Below are positions 1 to 11,612 of a stretch of DNA of 64,000 nucleotides, in pieces. The position numbers were made by a program, and so were the translations under genes. Source of the DNA: Methylohalobius sp. Lineage in GTDB: Bacteria; Pseudomonadota; Gammaproteobacteria; Methylococcales; Methylothermaceae. Location of the stretch: positions 45,324 through 109,323 of the forward strand of contig JAOAHI010000002.1 of assembly GCA_026415315.1 (NCBI GenBank), given 5' to 3'. Every line of letters starts with the position of its first letter. Position 1 is the first letter of the stretch. Under the pieces are notes generated by a model, which saw nothing but the letters and a program-made list of their open reading frames with translations, was not told the DNA's origin and made no database searches.

Positions 1-1635
<1,635 letters not shown>

Positions 1636-1641
1636 TTCGTA

Positions 1642-2520
1642 TCAGCGCGCCGGACGTTCACGCTTAAAATAGCGGAAAAAGTCCGAGCTGGGATCTAGGA
1701 TCAATAGATTACCCGGCTCGCCAAGGGTCTTTTCATAGGCGTTTAAACTGCGGTAAAACGCAAAAAACTCCTCGTTCTTACCATAAGCATTGGCATAGAT
1801 CTCAGCGGCCAGCGCATCCCCCTCTCCGCGTAGCTTCTCGGCGTCTCGCCGCGCCTCCGCTACGATCACTTCGCGCTGACGGTCAGCATCGGCTCGGATT
1901 TTCTCTGCCGCTTCCATTCCTTGAGAACGGAATTCGCGGGCTACCCGGGCACGTTCCGAACGCATTCTCTCGTAGACCGAACTGGAAACCTGGGGCGGCA
2001 GATCGATCCTTTTGATGCGGATATCTAGGATTTCTATCCCCAACCTAGCTCCGGTCGGCCGGGTCGTTGTGAGCAGCAGTTGGCGGATCACCTCGCGGTC
2101 GGTGGAGATCAACTGGCGGATAGTGCGCTTGCCAAACTCGCTGCGCAGTTCATCTTTGATGATTTGATCTAAGCGGATATTGGCCTGACGCGGGTCGCCG
2201 GCGACGGTGATGTAAAACGTCTTGACGTCGGCTACCCGCCATTTGACAAACGAATCGACGATTACATTTTTCTTCTCTGAAGTCAGAAAACGCTCCGGCT
2301 TGGACTCTAAGGTCAAGATCCGAGCGTCGAATTTTTTGACCGTGTTCCAGACCGGGATCGGGATCTTGAAATACAAGCCTGGGGTGTAGTCGTAGCGTAC
2401 GATTTCGCCGAAGCGAAATTTAATCGCCTTCTCGGTTTCCTGGACGGTAAAAACCGAAGCGTATCCTAGGACCAAGAGCAGGACGAATGCCCCTAAACCT
2501 ATTCTTGCCCCAGTCGTCAT
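1642..2520 (-). CDS. hflC: FtsH protease modulator HflC
   Basis: N-terminal TM helix, SPFH domain (RFLTSEKKNVIVDSFVKWRV, RMRSER), FFAFYRSL. Confidence 0.96.
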   Translation of the reverse strand: MTTGARIGLGAFVLLLVLGYASVFTVQETEKAIKFRFGEIVRYDYTPGLYFKIPIPVWNTVKKFDARILTLESKPERFLTSEKKNVIVDSFVKWRVADVKTFYITVAGDPRQANIRLDQIIKDELRSEFGKRTIRQLISTDREVIRQLLLTTTRPTGARLGIEILDIRIKRIDLPPQVSSSVYERMRSERARVAREFRSQGMEAAEKIRADADRQREVIVAEARRDAEKLRGEGDALAAEIYANAYGKNEEFFAFYRSLNAYEKTLGEPGNLLILDPSSDFFRYFKRERPAR

Positions 2521-3683
2521 CTTCCCCTCCCTTCGCGACCGCGCACAGGTTGGCGCACAGGCGGCGGTTCGCGCTGTAATAACTGCTGAGCCGCCGCTGC
2601 TCCCTCCCCAGGAGCGGATGGCAACTCTGAGGTTGAGGGCTTAAAGCCGGAGAGGCGGTCCAGCGGCAAATACAGCAGATTGTTGCCCTCTTGCACGTCC
2701 ACTAAGACCGTTCCCGTCTTGCTCAAAACCGACTCGATCGCATCCAAGTATAAACGCGTCCGAGTTATTTCCGGAGCTTGTTCGTATTCGGCCAGAATTT
2801 GTTCGAAACGGCTCACGTCCCCTTGAGCCTTGGCCACCATCTTTTGCTTATAGCCCTGAGCTTCCTCTAAAACTCGAGCGGCTTGTCCCCGCGCCCTGGG
2901 AACAACTTCGTTGGCGTACGCTTGAGCCTCATTGATGAAGCGCTGCTGATCCTCGCGTGCTTTAATGGCGTCTTCAAACGCATCTTGGACCTCTTCCGGA
3001 GGCTGCGCATCGACCAAGTTAACAGCTTGGATGTTTATTCCTGACTGATAGGCGCTCATGATCTCCTGGGCCAAGGCCTTCACCTGGGCGGCAATTTCGC
3101 TCCGGCCCTCGGTCAAAACGAAATCCATGGTGCTGCGCCCTACCACTTCGCGCAAGGCGCTCTCGGCCACCTCGCGCAGAGTTTTCTCAGGCTCACTGAT
3201 ATTAAATAAGAAATCTCTGGCATTACCGATGGCATACTGCACGGCCAGATGCACACTGACGATGTTCTCGTCCCCAGTCAACATTAAAGCCTCTTGCGGA
3301 ACTGAGCCGACCCCGCTGCGGTAGCCCAACTCCAAAAAGCGCTGTTGCTCCACATCGACGATATCCGCTCTCTCCACCGGGAACGGGATGTGCCAGTGCA
3401 GACCCGGCAGCGTAGTCTCAGTGTAACGGCCAAAGCGGGTTACGACCCCCCGATTGCCAGCGTCAACGATATAAAAACCGGTCAGTATCCACAGGACGAA
3501 CACACCTAAGACGATCAACCACACTATCGTGGAAGAAGGAGGCGCCTCTCCCTGCCTGCCGAACATCCGACCAAACCACCTTTGCAGCGAGCGGACAAGT
3601 TCTTCCAGGTCCGGAGGACCACCCGGCTGCTCCTGCCCGCTCCAAGGATCTTTTTTGCCTCCACCCGGTTCATTCCAGGCCAT
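2517..3683 (-). CDS. hflK: FtsH protease modulator HflK
   Basis: MAWNEPGG...DPW...GPPDLEE N-terminus, SPFH domain, LLYLPLD; start moved to ATG 3683. Confidence 0.96.
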   Translation of the reverse strand: MAWNEPGGGKKDPWSGQEQPGGPPDLEELVRSLQRWFGRMFGRQGEAPPSSTIVWLIVLGVFVLWILTGFYIVDAGNRGVVTRFGRYTETTLPGLHWHIPFPVERADIVDVEQQRFLELGYRSGVGSVPQEALMLTGDENIVSVHLAVQYAIGNARDFLFNISEPEKTLREVAESALREVVGRSTMDFVLTEGRSEIAAQVKALAQEIMSAYQSGINIQAVNLVDAQPPEEVQDAFEDAIKAREDQQRFINEAQAYANEVVPRARGQAARVLEEAQGYKQKMVAKAQGDVSRFEQILAEYEQAPEITRTRLYLDAIESVLSKTGTVLVDVQEGNNLLYLPLDRLSGFKPSTSELPSAPGEGAAAAQQLLQREPPPVRQPVRGREGRGR

Positions 3684-3703
3684 GCCGACAACTCCCAAAA
3701 TTG

Positions 3704-5038
3704 TTATTGACGACTTGTTGCCAACTCATCTCTGAGAAGGCGGTTATTGTAACCTGAAGATGTTCCACTCACGGCCACAGCACGGCTTATTATGCTTTCC
3801 AAAAAGCCGCCGTGTCTTGCTGGTAACTCCACTTCCATATTCCAACCGCCGTCGCTGGTCGCCTCGTCCCTCAACACTCGCCCAACCGTAAACAAACGAG
3901 CGCGCAAAGCGCCCTCGCTCGGCGAGAGATGGACTTGGGCCCGCACGACCTCGCGCGCGAGCACCTCAGACAGCGCCGTCAGCAAAAATTCTAACCCTGC
4001 GCCGGTCCGCGCTGACAGCCAAACACGCGCCGGCCAGCCATCGGCATTGCGATCCAACTGCGGCAATCGACCTAAGCGATCTATTTTGTTGTATACCTCG
4101 ATCACTCGCTTCCGATCTATACCCAGATCTTCCAAAACGCCATACACGGCTTCAATATTGGCCTGGCGTTGATCGGCACTGGCATCGATCACGTGCAGCA
4201 CCACTTCCGCCTCGCAGGTCTCTTGCAGAGTGGAACGAAACGCCGCCACCAGTTCATGGGGCAAGTGGCGGATGAAACCGACAGTGTCGGCCAGAACGAC
4301 GCTACCTCCATCGAGCTGAAGACGGCGCAAAGTCGAATCAAGGGTGGCAAACAGCTGATCGGCCGCATATACTCCTGCCTGAGTCAAAGCGTTAAACAAA
4401 GTGGATTTGCCAGCATTGGTATAACCCACCAAAGCCACTGTGGGAAGTTCGGCTCTTTTGCGCGCGCTGCGGCTCAACCGCCAACGCCCTTCAACTTTGC
4501 GCAGACGCTGCTCGATCTGGCGAATGCGTTGTGCAATCAGGCGGCGGTCGATCTCGAGCTGGGTCTCCCCAGGCCCCCTAAGACCTATTCCTCCCTGCTG
4601 GCGCTCCAGATGGGTCCATCCTCGCACTAAACGGGCAGCCATATGGCGCAGCTGGGCTAACTCCACCTGCAATTTACCTTCGTAGGACCTGGCGCGTTGG
4701 GCAAAGATGTTTAAAATCAAGCCGGTGCGGTCCATCACCCGTACGCCCAAGGCCTGTTCTAGGTTCCTCTCTTGGCTGGGAGATAAGGCGCAATTAAACA
4801 GCACTAGCTCGGCTTGATAGTCCACCACTGCCTGCCGAACTTCTGCCACTTTACCCCGACCGATAAAAAGCTTCGGATCTGGCTCGTCTCTACTACTTTG
4901 TATAACCGCCACCGGCTTAAGCTCACAAGACGCGGCTAACGCAGCCAGCTCCTCCATATCTTCGGTAGTAGCGCGGGAGGCCGCAATATGCACTAAAATA
5001 ACCTTCTCCCCTGCGTTGGGGCGTTCGAATAAGAGCAT
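3704..5038 (-). CDS. hflX: Ribosome-rescue GTPase HflX
   Basis: GPGETQLE, GYTNAGKS, DQLFATLD, DTVGFI, NKID. Confidence 0.97.
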   Translation of the reverse strand: MLLFERPNAGEKVILVHIAASRATTEDMEELAALAASCELKPVAVIQSSRDEPDPKLFIGRGKVAEVRQAVVDYQAELVLFNCALSPSQERNLEQALGVRVMDRTGLILNIFAQRARSYEGKLQVELAQLRHMAARLVRGWTHLERQQGGIGLRGPGETQLEIDRRLIAQRIRQIEQRLRKVEGRWRLSRSARKRAELPTVALVGYTNAGKSTLFNALTQAGVYAADQLFATLDSTLRRLQLDGGSVVLADTVGFIRHLPHELVAAFRSTLQETCEAEVVLHVIDASADQRQANIEAVYGVLEDLGIDRKRVIEVYNKIDRLGRLPQLDRNADGWPARVWLSARTGAGLEFLLTALSEVLAREVVRAQVHLSPSEGALRARLFTVGRVLRDEATSDGGWNMEVELPARHGGFLESIISRAVAVSGTSSGYNNRLLRDELATSRQ

Positions 5039-5076
5039 TATGGAAGAAGAATCAAACCGCTACCCTTAAAGGAAGT

Positions 5077-5322
5077 TCACTCCGTCGCTTCGCCTTCCTC
5101 CGGGCCATGGGGGATCCGCACCGGCCGCGCCGGCACGATAGTAGAGATGGCGTGTTTGTAAACCATCTGATTGACCGAGTTTTTAAGCATGATAACATAT
5201 TGATCGAACGAGTCGATCCTACCCTGCAGTTTGATCCCATTAACCAGATAAATGGACACAGGAACATGCTCCTTGCGCAGGGTGTTCAAGAAAGGATCTT
5301 GGAGGTTTTGACCCTTAGACAT
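5077..5322 (-). CDS. hfq: RNA chaperone Hfq
   Basis: [13 protein letters not shown]...[10 protein letters not shown]...[11 protein letters not shown]. Confidence 0.99.
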   Translation of the reverse strand: MSKGQNLQDPFLNTLRKEHVPVSIYLVNGIKLQGRIDSFDQYVIMLKNSVNQMVYKHAISTIVPARPVRIPHGPEEGEATE

Positions 5323-5463
5323 CCTAATTTCTCCGTTATTTTATTTGCTCTACTCTAAAGGCGCCTTCGAAATTGGCTTTATTAGAACAAATTCTATCAA
5401 AATTGGCTACGCGCCGTTATCATAGACAGCCTATTTGGCTACGAGTTTACTAAGGCACAACCC

Positions 5464-6414
5464 ATGCAGATCTTACTTGCTAATCCTAGGGGATTTTGCG
5501 CGGGCGTCGATCGGGCTATAGAGATCGTCGAGCGCGCTATAGACGCGTTTGGAGCTCCGGTTTACGTTCGCCACGAAGTGGTACACAACCGCTACGTGGT
5601 AGAAAACTTGCGCCGGCGTGGCGCCGTTTTTGTCGAGGACTTAGACGAAGTTCCAGAGGGCGCCACTTTGATTTTCAGCGCGCACGGAGTATCGAGAAAA
5701 ATTCAAGAGGAGGCAACCCGGCGCAATCTCAACGTCTTCGATGCGACCTGCCCTCTAGTGACCAAAGTCCACATCGAAGTCCATAAGCTCGCTCGGGAGG
5801 GCCGGGAAATCGTTTTCATAGGTCACGCCGGTCACCCCGAAGTAGAGGGCACCATGGGCCAGTACCAGACCACCAAACCCACGGGCGGCATTTACCTCGT
5901 AGAGACGGTCCAAGACGTAGAAAAGCTTCAAGTCAACGACCCTGACCATTTGGCTTACGTCACCCAGACCACTCTGTCTATGGACGATACCCAAACCATC
6001 GTGGAAGCCTTGAAAAGGCGCTTTCCCAAAATCGTTGGCCCGAAAAAAGAGGACATTTGCTATGCCACTCAAAATCGCCAGGATGCGGTCAAAAAGCTTG
6101 CTCATCAGTGCGACGTATTGTTGGTAGTAGGCTCCCCCAACAGTTCCAACTCCAACCGCTTGCGCGAAATCGCCGAAAAGATGGGCAAGCCAGCTTATCT
6201 TTTGGACGATGCCTCCCACCTTCAGCGCCATTGGATCGAAGCAGCTGAAACGGTGGGAATTACAGCCGGCGCTTCCGCGCCGGAAATCTTAGTACAGCAA
6301 GTGGTGGAGAAACTGCGTCAGTGGGGAGGAACAGTCATCCGTGAAACCCCAGGGGTTGAGGAAAAAATCATCTTCTCGATCCCAAGGGAGTTACAGCGGA
6401 CGGCGACCGGATAG
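5464..6414 (+). CDS. ispH: 4-hydroxy-3-methylbut-2-enyl diphosphate reductase
   Basis: [41 protein letters not shown]. Confidence 0.98.
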   Translation: MQILLANPRGFCAGVDRAIEIVERAIDAFGAPVYVRHEVVHNRYVVENLRRRGAVFVEDLDEVPEGATLIFSAHGVSRKIQEEATRRNLNVFDATCPLVTKVHIEVHKLAREGREIVFIGHAGHPEVEGTMGQYQTTKPTGGIYLVETVQDVEKLQVNDPDHLAYVTQTTLSMDDTQTIVEALKRRFPKIVGPKKEDICYATQNRQDAVKKLAHQCDVLLVVGSPNSSNSNRLREIAEKMGKPAYLLDDASHLQRHWIEAAETVGITAGASAPEILVQQVVEKLRQWGGTVIRETPGVEEKIIFSIPRELQRTATG

Positions 6415-6421
6415 CCAGCCA

Positions 6422-7780
6422 TCATTTTCCGATACAAAACTCGGCGAAAATCTCTCCCAGGAGGTCTTCGTTTGTCACCTCGCCCGTAATCTCCGCCAGC
6501 CTCTGCTGGGCCAGACGCAAGTTCTCGGCCACTAGCTCAGCCGCTTGGGTATGGCGCAGTTCGTCCCAAGCGCGTTGGAGAAAGTCCTGGGTTCGGATTA
6601 ACGCCTCTAGATGACGGCGGCGGGCGGCGAGGGCATCTTCCCTCTCAGCCTCGAATCCCATAACATGCATCAGATGGGATTTAAGCAGGTCGATCCCCGC
6701 CCCCGTTTTGGCCGAGAGATATACTACCGAAGTAGCAGCCTCTTCTAGGCCAGGGCTCAGCCCACCTAGGTCGATCTTGTTGTACACCTTGGTTACCGGC
6801 ACACCGCAAGGGAGTTGAGCCATCATAAACTCTTCCGCTTGAGTCTGCCGACAATCCAACACCAAGAGGATGCGGTCGGCACTCTGCATAGCTTGGATAG
6901 CCCGGCGCATTCCTTCGCGCTCGATCGAGTCACCGCCCGAACGTAAACCGGCGGTATCGATTACGGTGCAAGGCATGCCGTCGAAATTGAGGTGCTCGGT
7001 GAGCAAGTCGCGGGTAGTTCCAGCGATGTCGGTGACGATCGCCGCCTCCCGCCCAGCTAATCGGTTAAGCAAGCTGGATTTGCCTACATTGGGGGGGCCG
7101 GCGATCACCGCCGTCATTCCCTCCCGCAACAGGCGCCCCTGCTGGGCGCGCCGACGCAGAGTTTCCAGGTCTTCTAGCAAACTTTGAAGACGTGCTTCCA
7201 CTTCTCCCTCGGCTAAGAGGTCGATCTCCTGGTCCGAAAAATCGATGCTTGCCTCCACATACGCCCTAAGCTCAAGCAGGGCTTGTGAGAGTTTATGAAC
7301 CCGTTCGGAAAACATTCCCTCCAAGGATCGCTGGGCAGCGCGCGCAGCCTCTTCCGAGGCGCTCTCGATCAGCGCTGCCACTGCCTCAGCTTGGGCCAAG
7401 TCGAGCTTGCCATTAAGGAAAGCGCGGCGACTGAATTCTCCCGGCTCAGCTGGTCTTGCCCCAAGCGCAAACAGCCGCCTAAGGAGCATTTCGACCACCA
7501 CCGGGCTGCCGTGGCAATGGAGCTCCAGCATGTCTTCACCAGTATAAGAATGAGGCGCAGGGAAATAGAGAATCAGCCCTCGGTCGATAGCGCTGCCGTT
7601 CTCGTCCAGGAACGGCGCATAATGGGCGTAGCGAGGTTTGAAATCGCTTTTTCTAGTCAACCTTAAGGCCAAAGACTTAAGGTTGGGGCCAGATACCCGC
7701 ACCACTGCCACCGCTCCCCGGCCAGGAGGCGTGGCAGGCGCAGCGATGATGTCGGCGTAAAAATCAAGCGCTTTTGGCAC
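6422..7780 (-). CDS. mnmE: tRNA modification GTPase MnmE
   Basis: LHCHGSP, GEFSRRAFLNGK, GPPNVGKSS, GTTRD, C-terminal FCIGK. Confidence 0.98.
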   Translation of the reverse strand: MPKALDFYADIIAAPATPPGRGAVAVVRVSGPNLKSLALRLTRKSDFKPRYAHYAPFLDENGSAIDRGLILYFPAPHSYTGEDMLELHCHGSPVVVEMLLRRLFALGARPAEPGEFSRRAFLNGKLDLAQAEAVAALIESASEEAARAAQRSLEGMFSERVHKLSQALLELRAYVEASIDFSDQEIDLLAEGEVEARLQSLLEDLETLRRRAQQGRLLREGMTAVIAGPPNVGKSSLLNRLAGREAAIVTDIAGTTRDLLTEHLNFDGMPCTVIDTAGLRSGGDSIEREGMRRAIQAMQSADRILLVLDCRQTQAEEFMMAQLPCGVPVTKVYNKIDLGGLSPGLEEAATSVVYLSAKTGAGIDLLKSHLMHVMGFEAEREDALAARRRHLEALIRTQDFLQRAWDELRHTQAAELVAENLRLAQQRLAEITGEVTNEDLLGEIFAEFCIGK

Positions 7781-9380
7781 CCTCTATTTGGCGGTTGATC
7801 CACCACTGCTGGACGATAGACAAAGCGTTGTTCACCACCCAGTACAGCACCAGTCCAGATGGGAAAAAGGCAAAAAAGACAGTGAAGATCAAGGGAAACA
7901 TCTTCATGACTTGGGCCTGGACCGGGTCGGCAGGAGGAGGGCTGAGTTTCTGCTGAATCCACATCGTCACCCCCATTAGGGCCGGCAGAACAAAATAGGG
8001 ATCTTTGGCCGTCAGATCAGTTAACCACAGCAAAAAGCTGGCTTGCCGCATCTCCACGCTTTCCACCAATACCCAGTAGAGGGAAATGAACACTGGGATT
8101 TGGACCAAAATCGGCAAGCACCCCCCTAAAGGGTTGACCCTCTCCTCCCGATAAAGCTGCATCAGTGCTTGGTGAAACTTTTGTTTGTCCTCGCCGAAGC
8201 GCTCCTTCAAGGCCTGCATTTTGGGCTGGATCTGGCGCATCTTGGCCATGGACCGGAAGCTGGCTGCCGACAAGGGATAAAACATAGCCTTGATGACTAC
8301 CGTGGTAAAGATGATCGCCCACCCCCAATTTCCAAACAGTTTTTCAAACTGTTCCAACAGCCAGAAAATAGGTTTGGCGATAAAAGTAAAGATGCCGTAA
8401 TCGACGGTCAGCTCGAGTCCCGGCGCAACCTGCTCCAATACTCGCTGAAGTTTAGGGCCAATATAAAAGCGAGCGCCGAAAGTCTTGGTTTCACCTGCAG
8501 CCACCTGATATTCAGGCGAGTAGGAGCCAACGATGTACACTTGATCCGGCAGGGCCTTGGTATAAAAGTAGTTAGTTTGGTCTCCAGGCAGCCAGGCAGC
8601 TAAAAAATAGTGCTGAATCATAGCGCACCATCCCCCCTCGGTTTCCCAGTTTTGGGCCAGGTGTTCGATGTCGCTAAAAGAGATTTTTTCATACGGCTCA
8701 TCGGCGCGCCGGCAGGCCACCCCAGTATAGGTACGGATGAAAGCGCTATCCTCAGTTTTGGCCGGCGGCTTGCGTTTAATCTGCCCATAAAGGCGGGCAT
8801 TCCAGGAGACAGGCGAGGAATTGGCCACCTGATAATCGAAGCGGATCTCGTAACTGCCCGGCTTGAAAGTGAAGGTCTTGACGATTTCCACCCCGTCGCC
8901 ACGCCAAATAAGAGGCACCTTGAGCGCTTCCTGACCGTTCATCCGATACTCAAGAGCTGTGGCTTGCCATACAGCGGTGTGCTTAGGGGCAATTTTTTCA
9001 TCCCCCAAAAAACCCGTCTGGGTAACAAACAAATGGTCCGGCTCATCGCTCAACAAGCGCACTGGCTCCTCTGGCTTGCCCTTGGCGACCGGATAGTTAA
9101 GTAGGTCCACCACCTTAAGATCACCGCCCACGAGATCGATTTCGGCCTTAAAAACGTCGGTCTGAACGCGTATTCTCCCTGCCTTCTCGGGCCTCGTGCT
9201 TGTCTGCGCGCCAAGTGCAGACTCGACCTGGGCTTGGGCCTGGGCCTCAGGTTGCGCTTGAACCGCTGGCTGAGTCTCAGCCTCAGGCGGCTTGGGTCCA
9301 TAATCCCGTTGCCAAGCTTCCCATAACATATAGCCCAAAAGAAGGGTCATGAGGATAAGAAAAAACCTTAAGTTGTCCAT
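7764..9380 (-). CDS. yidC: Membrane protein insertase YidC
   Basis: [30 protein letters not shown]. Confidence 0.98.
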   Translation of the reverse strand: MDNLRFFLILMTLLLGYMLWEAWQRDYGPKPPEAETQPAVQAQPEAQAQAQVESALGAQTSTRPEKAGRIRVQTDVFKAEIDLVGGDLKVVDLLNYPVAKGKPEEPVRLLSDEPDHLFVTQTGFLGDEKIAPKHTAVWQATALEYRMNGQEALKVPLIWRGDGVEIVKTFTFKPGSYEIRFDYQVANSSPVSWNARLYGQIKRKPPAKTEDSAFIRTYTGVACRRADEPYEKISFSDIEHLAQNWETEGGWCAMIQHYFLAAWLPGDQTNYFYTKALPDQVYIVGSYSPEYQVAAGETKTFGARFYIGPKLQRVLEQVAPGLELTVDYGIFTFIAKPIFWLLEQFEKLFGNWGWAIIFTTVVIKAMFYPLSAASFRSMAKMRQIQPKMQALKERFGEDKQKFHQALMQLYREERVNPLGGCLPILVQIPVFISLYWVLVESVEMRQASFLLWLTDLTAKDPYFVLPALMGVTMWIQQKLSPPPADPVQAQVMKMFPLIFTVFFAFFPSGLVLYWVVNNALSIVQQWWINRQIEGAKSA

Positions 9381-9649
9381 TTTTTATTCCATAATCGCTC
9401 TGGAACTGGATCCACGCCCCCTGGATGCCAAGGATGACAACGCAGCAGGCGGCACAGTGCGAGCCATAACCCTCCCGCCACCCCGAACCGCTCAATGGCT
9501 AGCAACGCATAGCTAGAACAGCTGGGATAAAAGCGGCATTGATTACCCAGCCACGGACTTAGCCAAAAGCGGTACCACCGGATTGCAGCGATCAGGGCGA
9601 GGCGGCAAGCATACTCAAGTCCTGCCAATGCTTTGCCAAAGATTCCCAT
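9368..9649 (-). CDS. yidD: Membrane protein insertion efficiency factor YidD
   Basis: [10 protein letters not shown] and [14 protein letters not shown] motifs. Confidence 0.95.
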   Translation of the reverse strand: MGIFGKALAGLEYACRLALIAAIRWYRFWLSPWLGNQCRFYPSCSSYALLAIERFGVAGGLWLALCRLLRCHPWHPGGVDPVPERLWNKKWTT

Positions 9650-9963
9650 AACACGCTCCGCTCAGCGGTCAACACCGAGGGTTTAGCTAAAACCACGACA
9701 TCGATAGCAGGCAGCCGGCTTTGGTTCAAGCGAAAACTCTCGCGCACAAGGCGTTTGATCCGATTGCGAGCAACGGCTTTCTTAATCTTCCGTTTGGAAA
9801 TGGCCAAACCAAGCCGCGGCCAACCCTTATCGTTAGACCGCGCCAGGACAGTAAAAAACTCGTCCGCGACCACCTTAGGCTGACTAAAAACATAGCCAAA
9901 TTCGGCCGCTGCCAAAAGCCTTGAGGCCTTCGGAAAACCGAATCTAGCTCGCGCTGCACTCAG
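9592..9963 (-). CDS. rnpA: RNase P protein component (start probably CTG at 9963; see findings)
   Basis: [27 protein letters not shown] (RNR motif); the conserved FPKASRL lies upstream of the track's TTG start. Confidence 0.93.
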   Translation of the reverse strand: MSAARARFGFPKASRLLAAAEFGYVFSQPKVVADEFFTVLARSNDKGWPRLGLAISKRKIKKAVARNRIKRLVRESFRLNQSRLPAIDVVVLAKPSVLTAERSVLWESLAKHWQDLSMLAASP

Positions 9964-10094
9964 GGCGCTAGTCTAACCCGGCCTTTAGCGCGCCGGGATG
10001 CAATCACCTTACGGCCGCCACGAGTGCGCATCCTAGCCCGAAAACCATGAGTCCGAGCGCGCCGGATTTTGCTGGGTTGATAGGTTCGTTTCAT
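9960..10094 (-). CDS. rpmH: 50S ribosomal protein L34
   Basis: [44 protein letters not shown], 44 aa. Confidence 0.99.
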   Translation of the reverse strand: MKRTYQPSKIRRARTHGFRARMRTRGGRKVIASRRAKGRVRLAP

Positions 10095-10143
10095 CGCCTC
10101 AAGCCTTATAATTATTTGAAAAACATAATAAAAAAGGATATAA

Positions 10144-10172
10144 ATGATACTCTGCTGAAACTTAGACGTCAA
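10144..10172 (-). promoter_or_regulatory. Sigma70 promoter for the rpmH operon
   Basis: Minus strand TTGACG-17 nt-TATCAT. Confidence 0.7.
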
Positions 10173-10277
10173 GGCTGCGAGGGCTTAACAAATTCGGTAT
10201 AGTATCTTTACTCCAGAATGCAGGCTGTCGCTTGTAAGCGGAGTCGGCGGTTCAATCCTAACGTTTCAGGCTAACCC

Positions 10278-11603
10278 ATGAGCGAACTCTGGAATCGGTG
10301 CATCCAAAAGCTGGAAAACGAAATTCCTACTCAGCAGTTCAATACCTGGATTCGCCCCCTCCAAGCGGTTGAAAACGGTTCAGAGTTAAAACTTCTCGCT
10401 CCCAACCGCTTCGTGCTCGACTGGGTCAAAGAACATTTTATTGACAAGATCGAGGCAGCCCTTCCCCAAAATGCCAGCGGCATTCATCACGTAGTGCTAG
10501 AGGTCGGCACCCGCCGAGAAGAAATCAGCACCGCCCCCGATTTCGGAGCCAAAGACAAACGGCCGCGTAAGAAAAAACCAGGTGCTAATTACCTCAACCC
10601 AGCCTTTACCTTCGCCACCTTCGTCGAGGGCAAATCCAATCAGTTCGCCAAAGCGGCGGCCATGCAAGTGGCGGAAAACGTCGGTCAAGCTTATAACCCC
10701 TTATTCATTTACGGCGGGGTGGGATTGGGCAAAACCCATCTCATGCACGCCATCGGCAACCTTATCGTTGAGCGCGATCCCTCCGCCGCTGTGGTATACC
10801 TGCATTCCGAGCGCTTTGTCTCAGATATGGTCACTGCCTTGCAGCATAATGCTATCAATGCGTTCAAGGAGTATTACCGATCGGTGGACGCCCTCTTGAT
10901 CGACGACATTCAGTTTTTTGCTGGCAAGGAGCGTTCGCAGGAAGAGTTCTTCCATACTTTTAACACTTTGCTAGAAAACAAACACCAAGTAGTCCTTACC
11001 TGTGACCGCTATCCAAAGGAAATCGAAGGTTTGGAGGAGCGGCTTAAATCCCGTTTCGGCTGGGGCCTGCCGGTGGCGATCGAACCTCCAGATTTAGAGA
11101 CTCGGGTCGCAATCCTGATGAGCAAAGCCCAGCAATGGGGGGTTGAGTTGCCTGAAGACGTCGCTTTTTTCATCGGTAAACGAATCCGCTCCAACGTACG
11201 CGAGCTGGAGGGGGCGTTGCGCCGGGTCACCGCTCGCGCTCAGTTTACCGGCGAACCGATCACTCTGCCTTTCGCCAAGGAAGCGCTGCGCGACTTGATC
11301 GCGGTCCAAGACAAACTCATTAACGTAGAGAATATTCAGAAAACGGTGGCTGAATATTACAAAATCCGGGTCGCCGACATCCTCTCCAATAAGCGTACCC
11401 GCTCTATCACCCGGCCGCGGCAAATCGCGATGGCGTTGGCTAAAGAGCTGACCAACCACAGCCTGCCAGAGATTGGCGAGTTTTTCGGGGGCCGCGATCA
11501 TACTACCGTCTTGCACGCTTGCCGCAAGGTTGAGGAACTCAGAGAATCCGACAGCAAGCTCGCCGAGGATTATGCCACTTTGTTACACCTTTTGATCAAT
11601 TGA
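10278..11603 (+). CDS. dnaA: Chromosomal replication initiator DnaA
   Basis: [44 protein letters not shown]. Confidence 0.99.
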   Translation: MSELWNRCIQKLENEIPTQQFNTWIRPLQAVENGSELKLLAPNRFVLDWVKEHFIDKIEAALPQNASGIHHVVLEVGTRREEISTAPDFGAKDKRPRKKKPGANYLNPAFTFATFVEGKSNQFAKAAAMQVAENVGQAYNPLFIYGGVGLGKTHLMHAIGNLIVERDPSAAVVYLHSERFVSDMVTALQHNAINAFKEYYRSVDALLIDDIQFFAGKERSQEEFFHTFNTLLENKHQVVLTCDRYPKEIEGLEERLKSRFGWGLPVAIEPPDLETRVAILMSKAQQWGVELPEDVAFFIGKRIRSNVRELEGALRRVTARAQFTGEPITLPFAKEALRDLIAVQDKLINVENIQKTVAEYYKIRVADILSNKRTRSITRPRQIAMALAKELTNHSLPEIGEFFGGRDHTTVLHACRKVEELRESDSKLAEDYATLLHLLIN

Positions 11604-11612
11604 GATCGGACG

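Noticed and set aside
9220-9290. [11 protein letters not shown] short tandem repeats in yidC
   Set aside because: Ordinary low-complexity linker in the variable periplasmic region
9592-10100. Thermus-style rnpA overlapping the whole of rpmH
   Set aside because: In-frame TAG at 9975-9973 closes the rnpA frame
10095-10172. 26-aa hydrophobic N-terminal extension of L34 in the ORF track
   Set aside because: Its TTG is the -35 element of the rpmH promoter; L34 starts at the conserved MKRT
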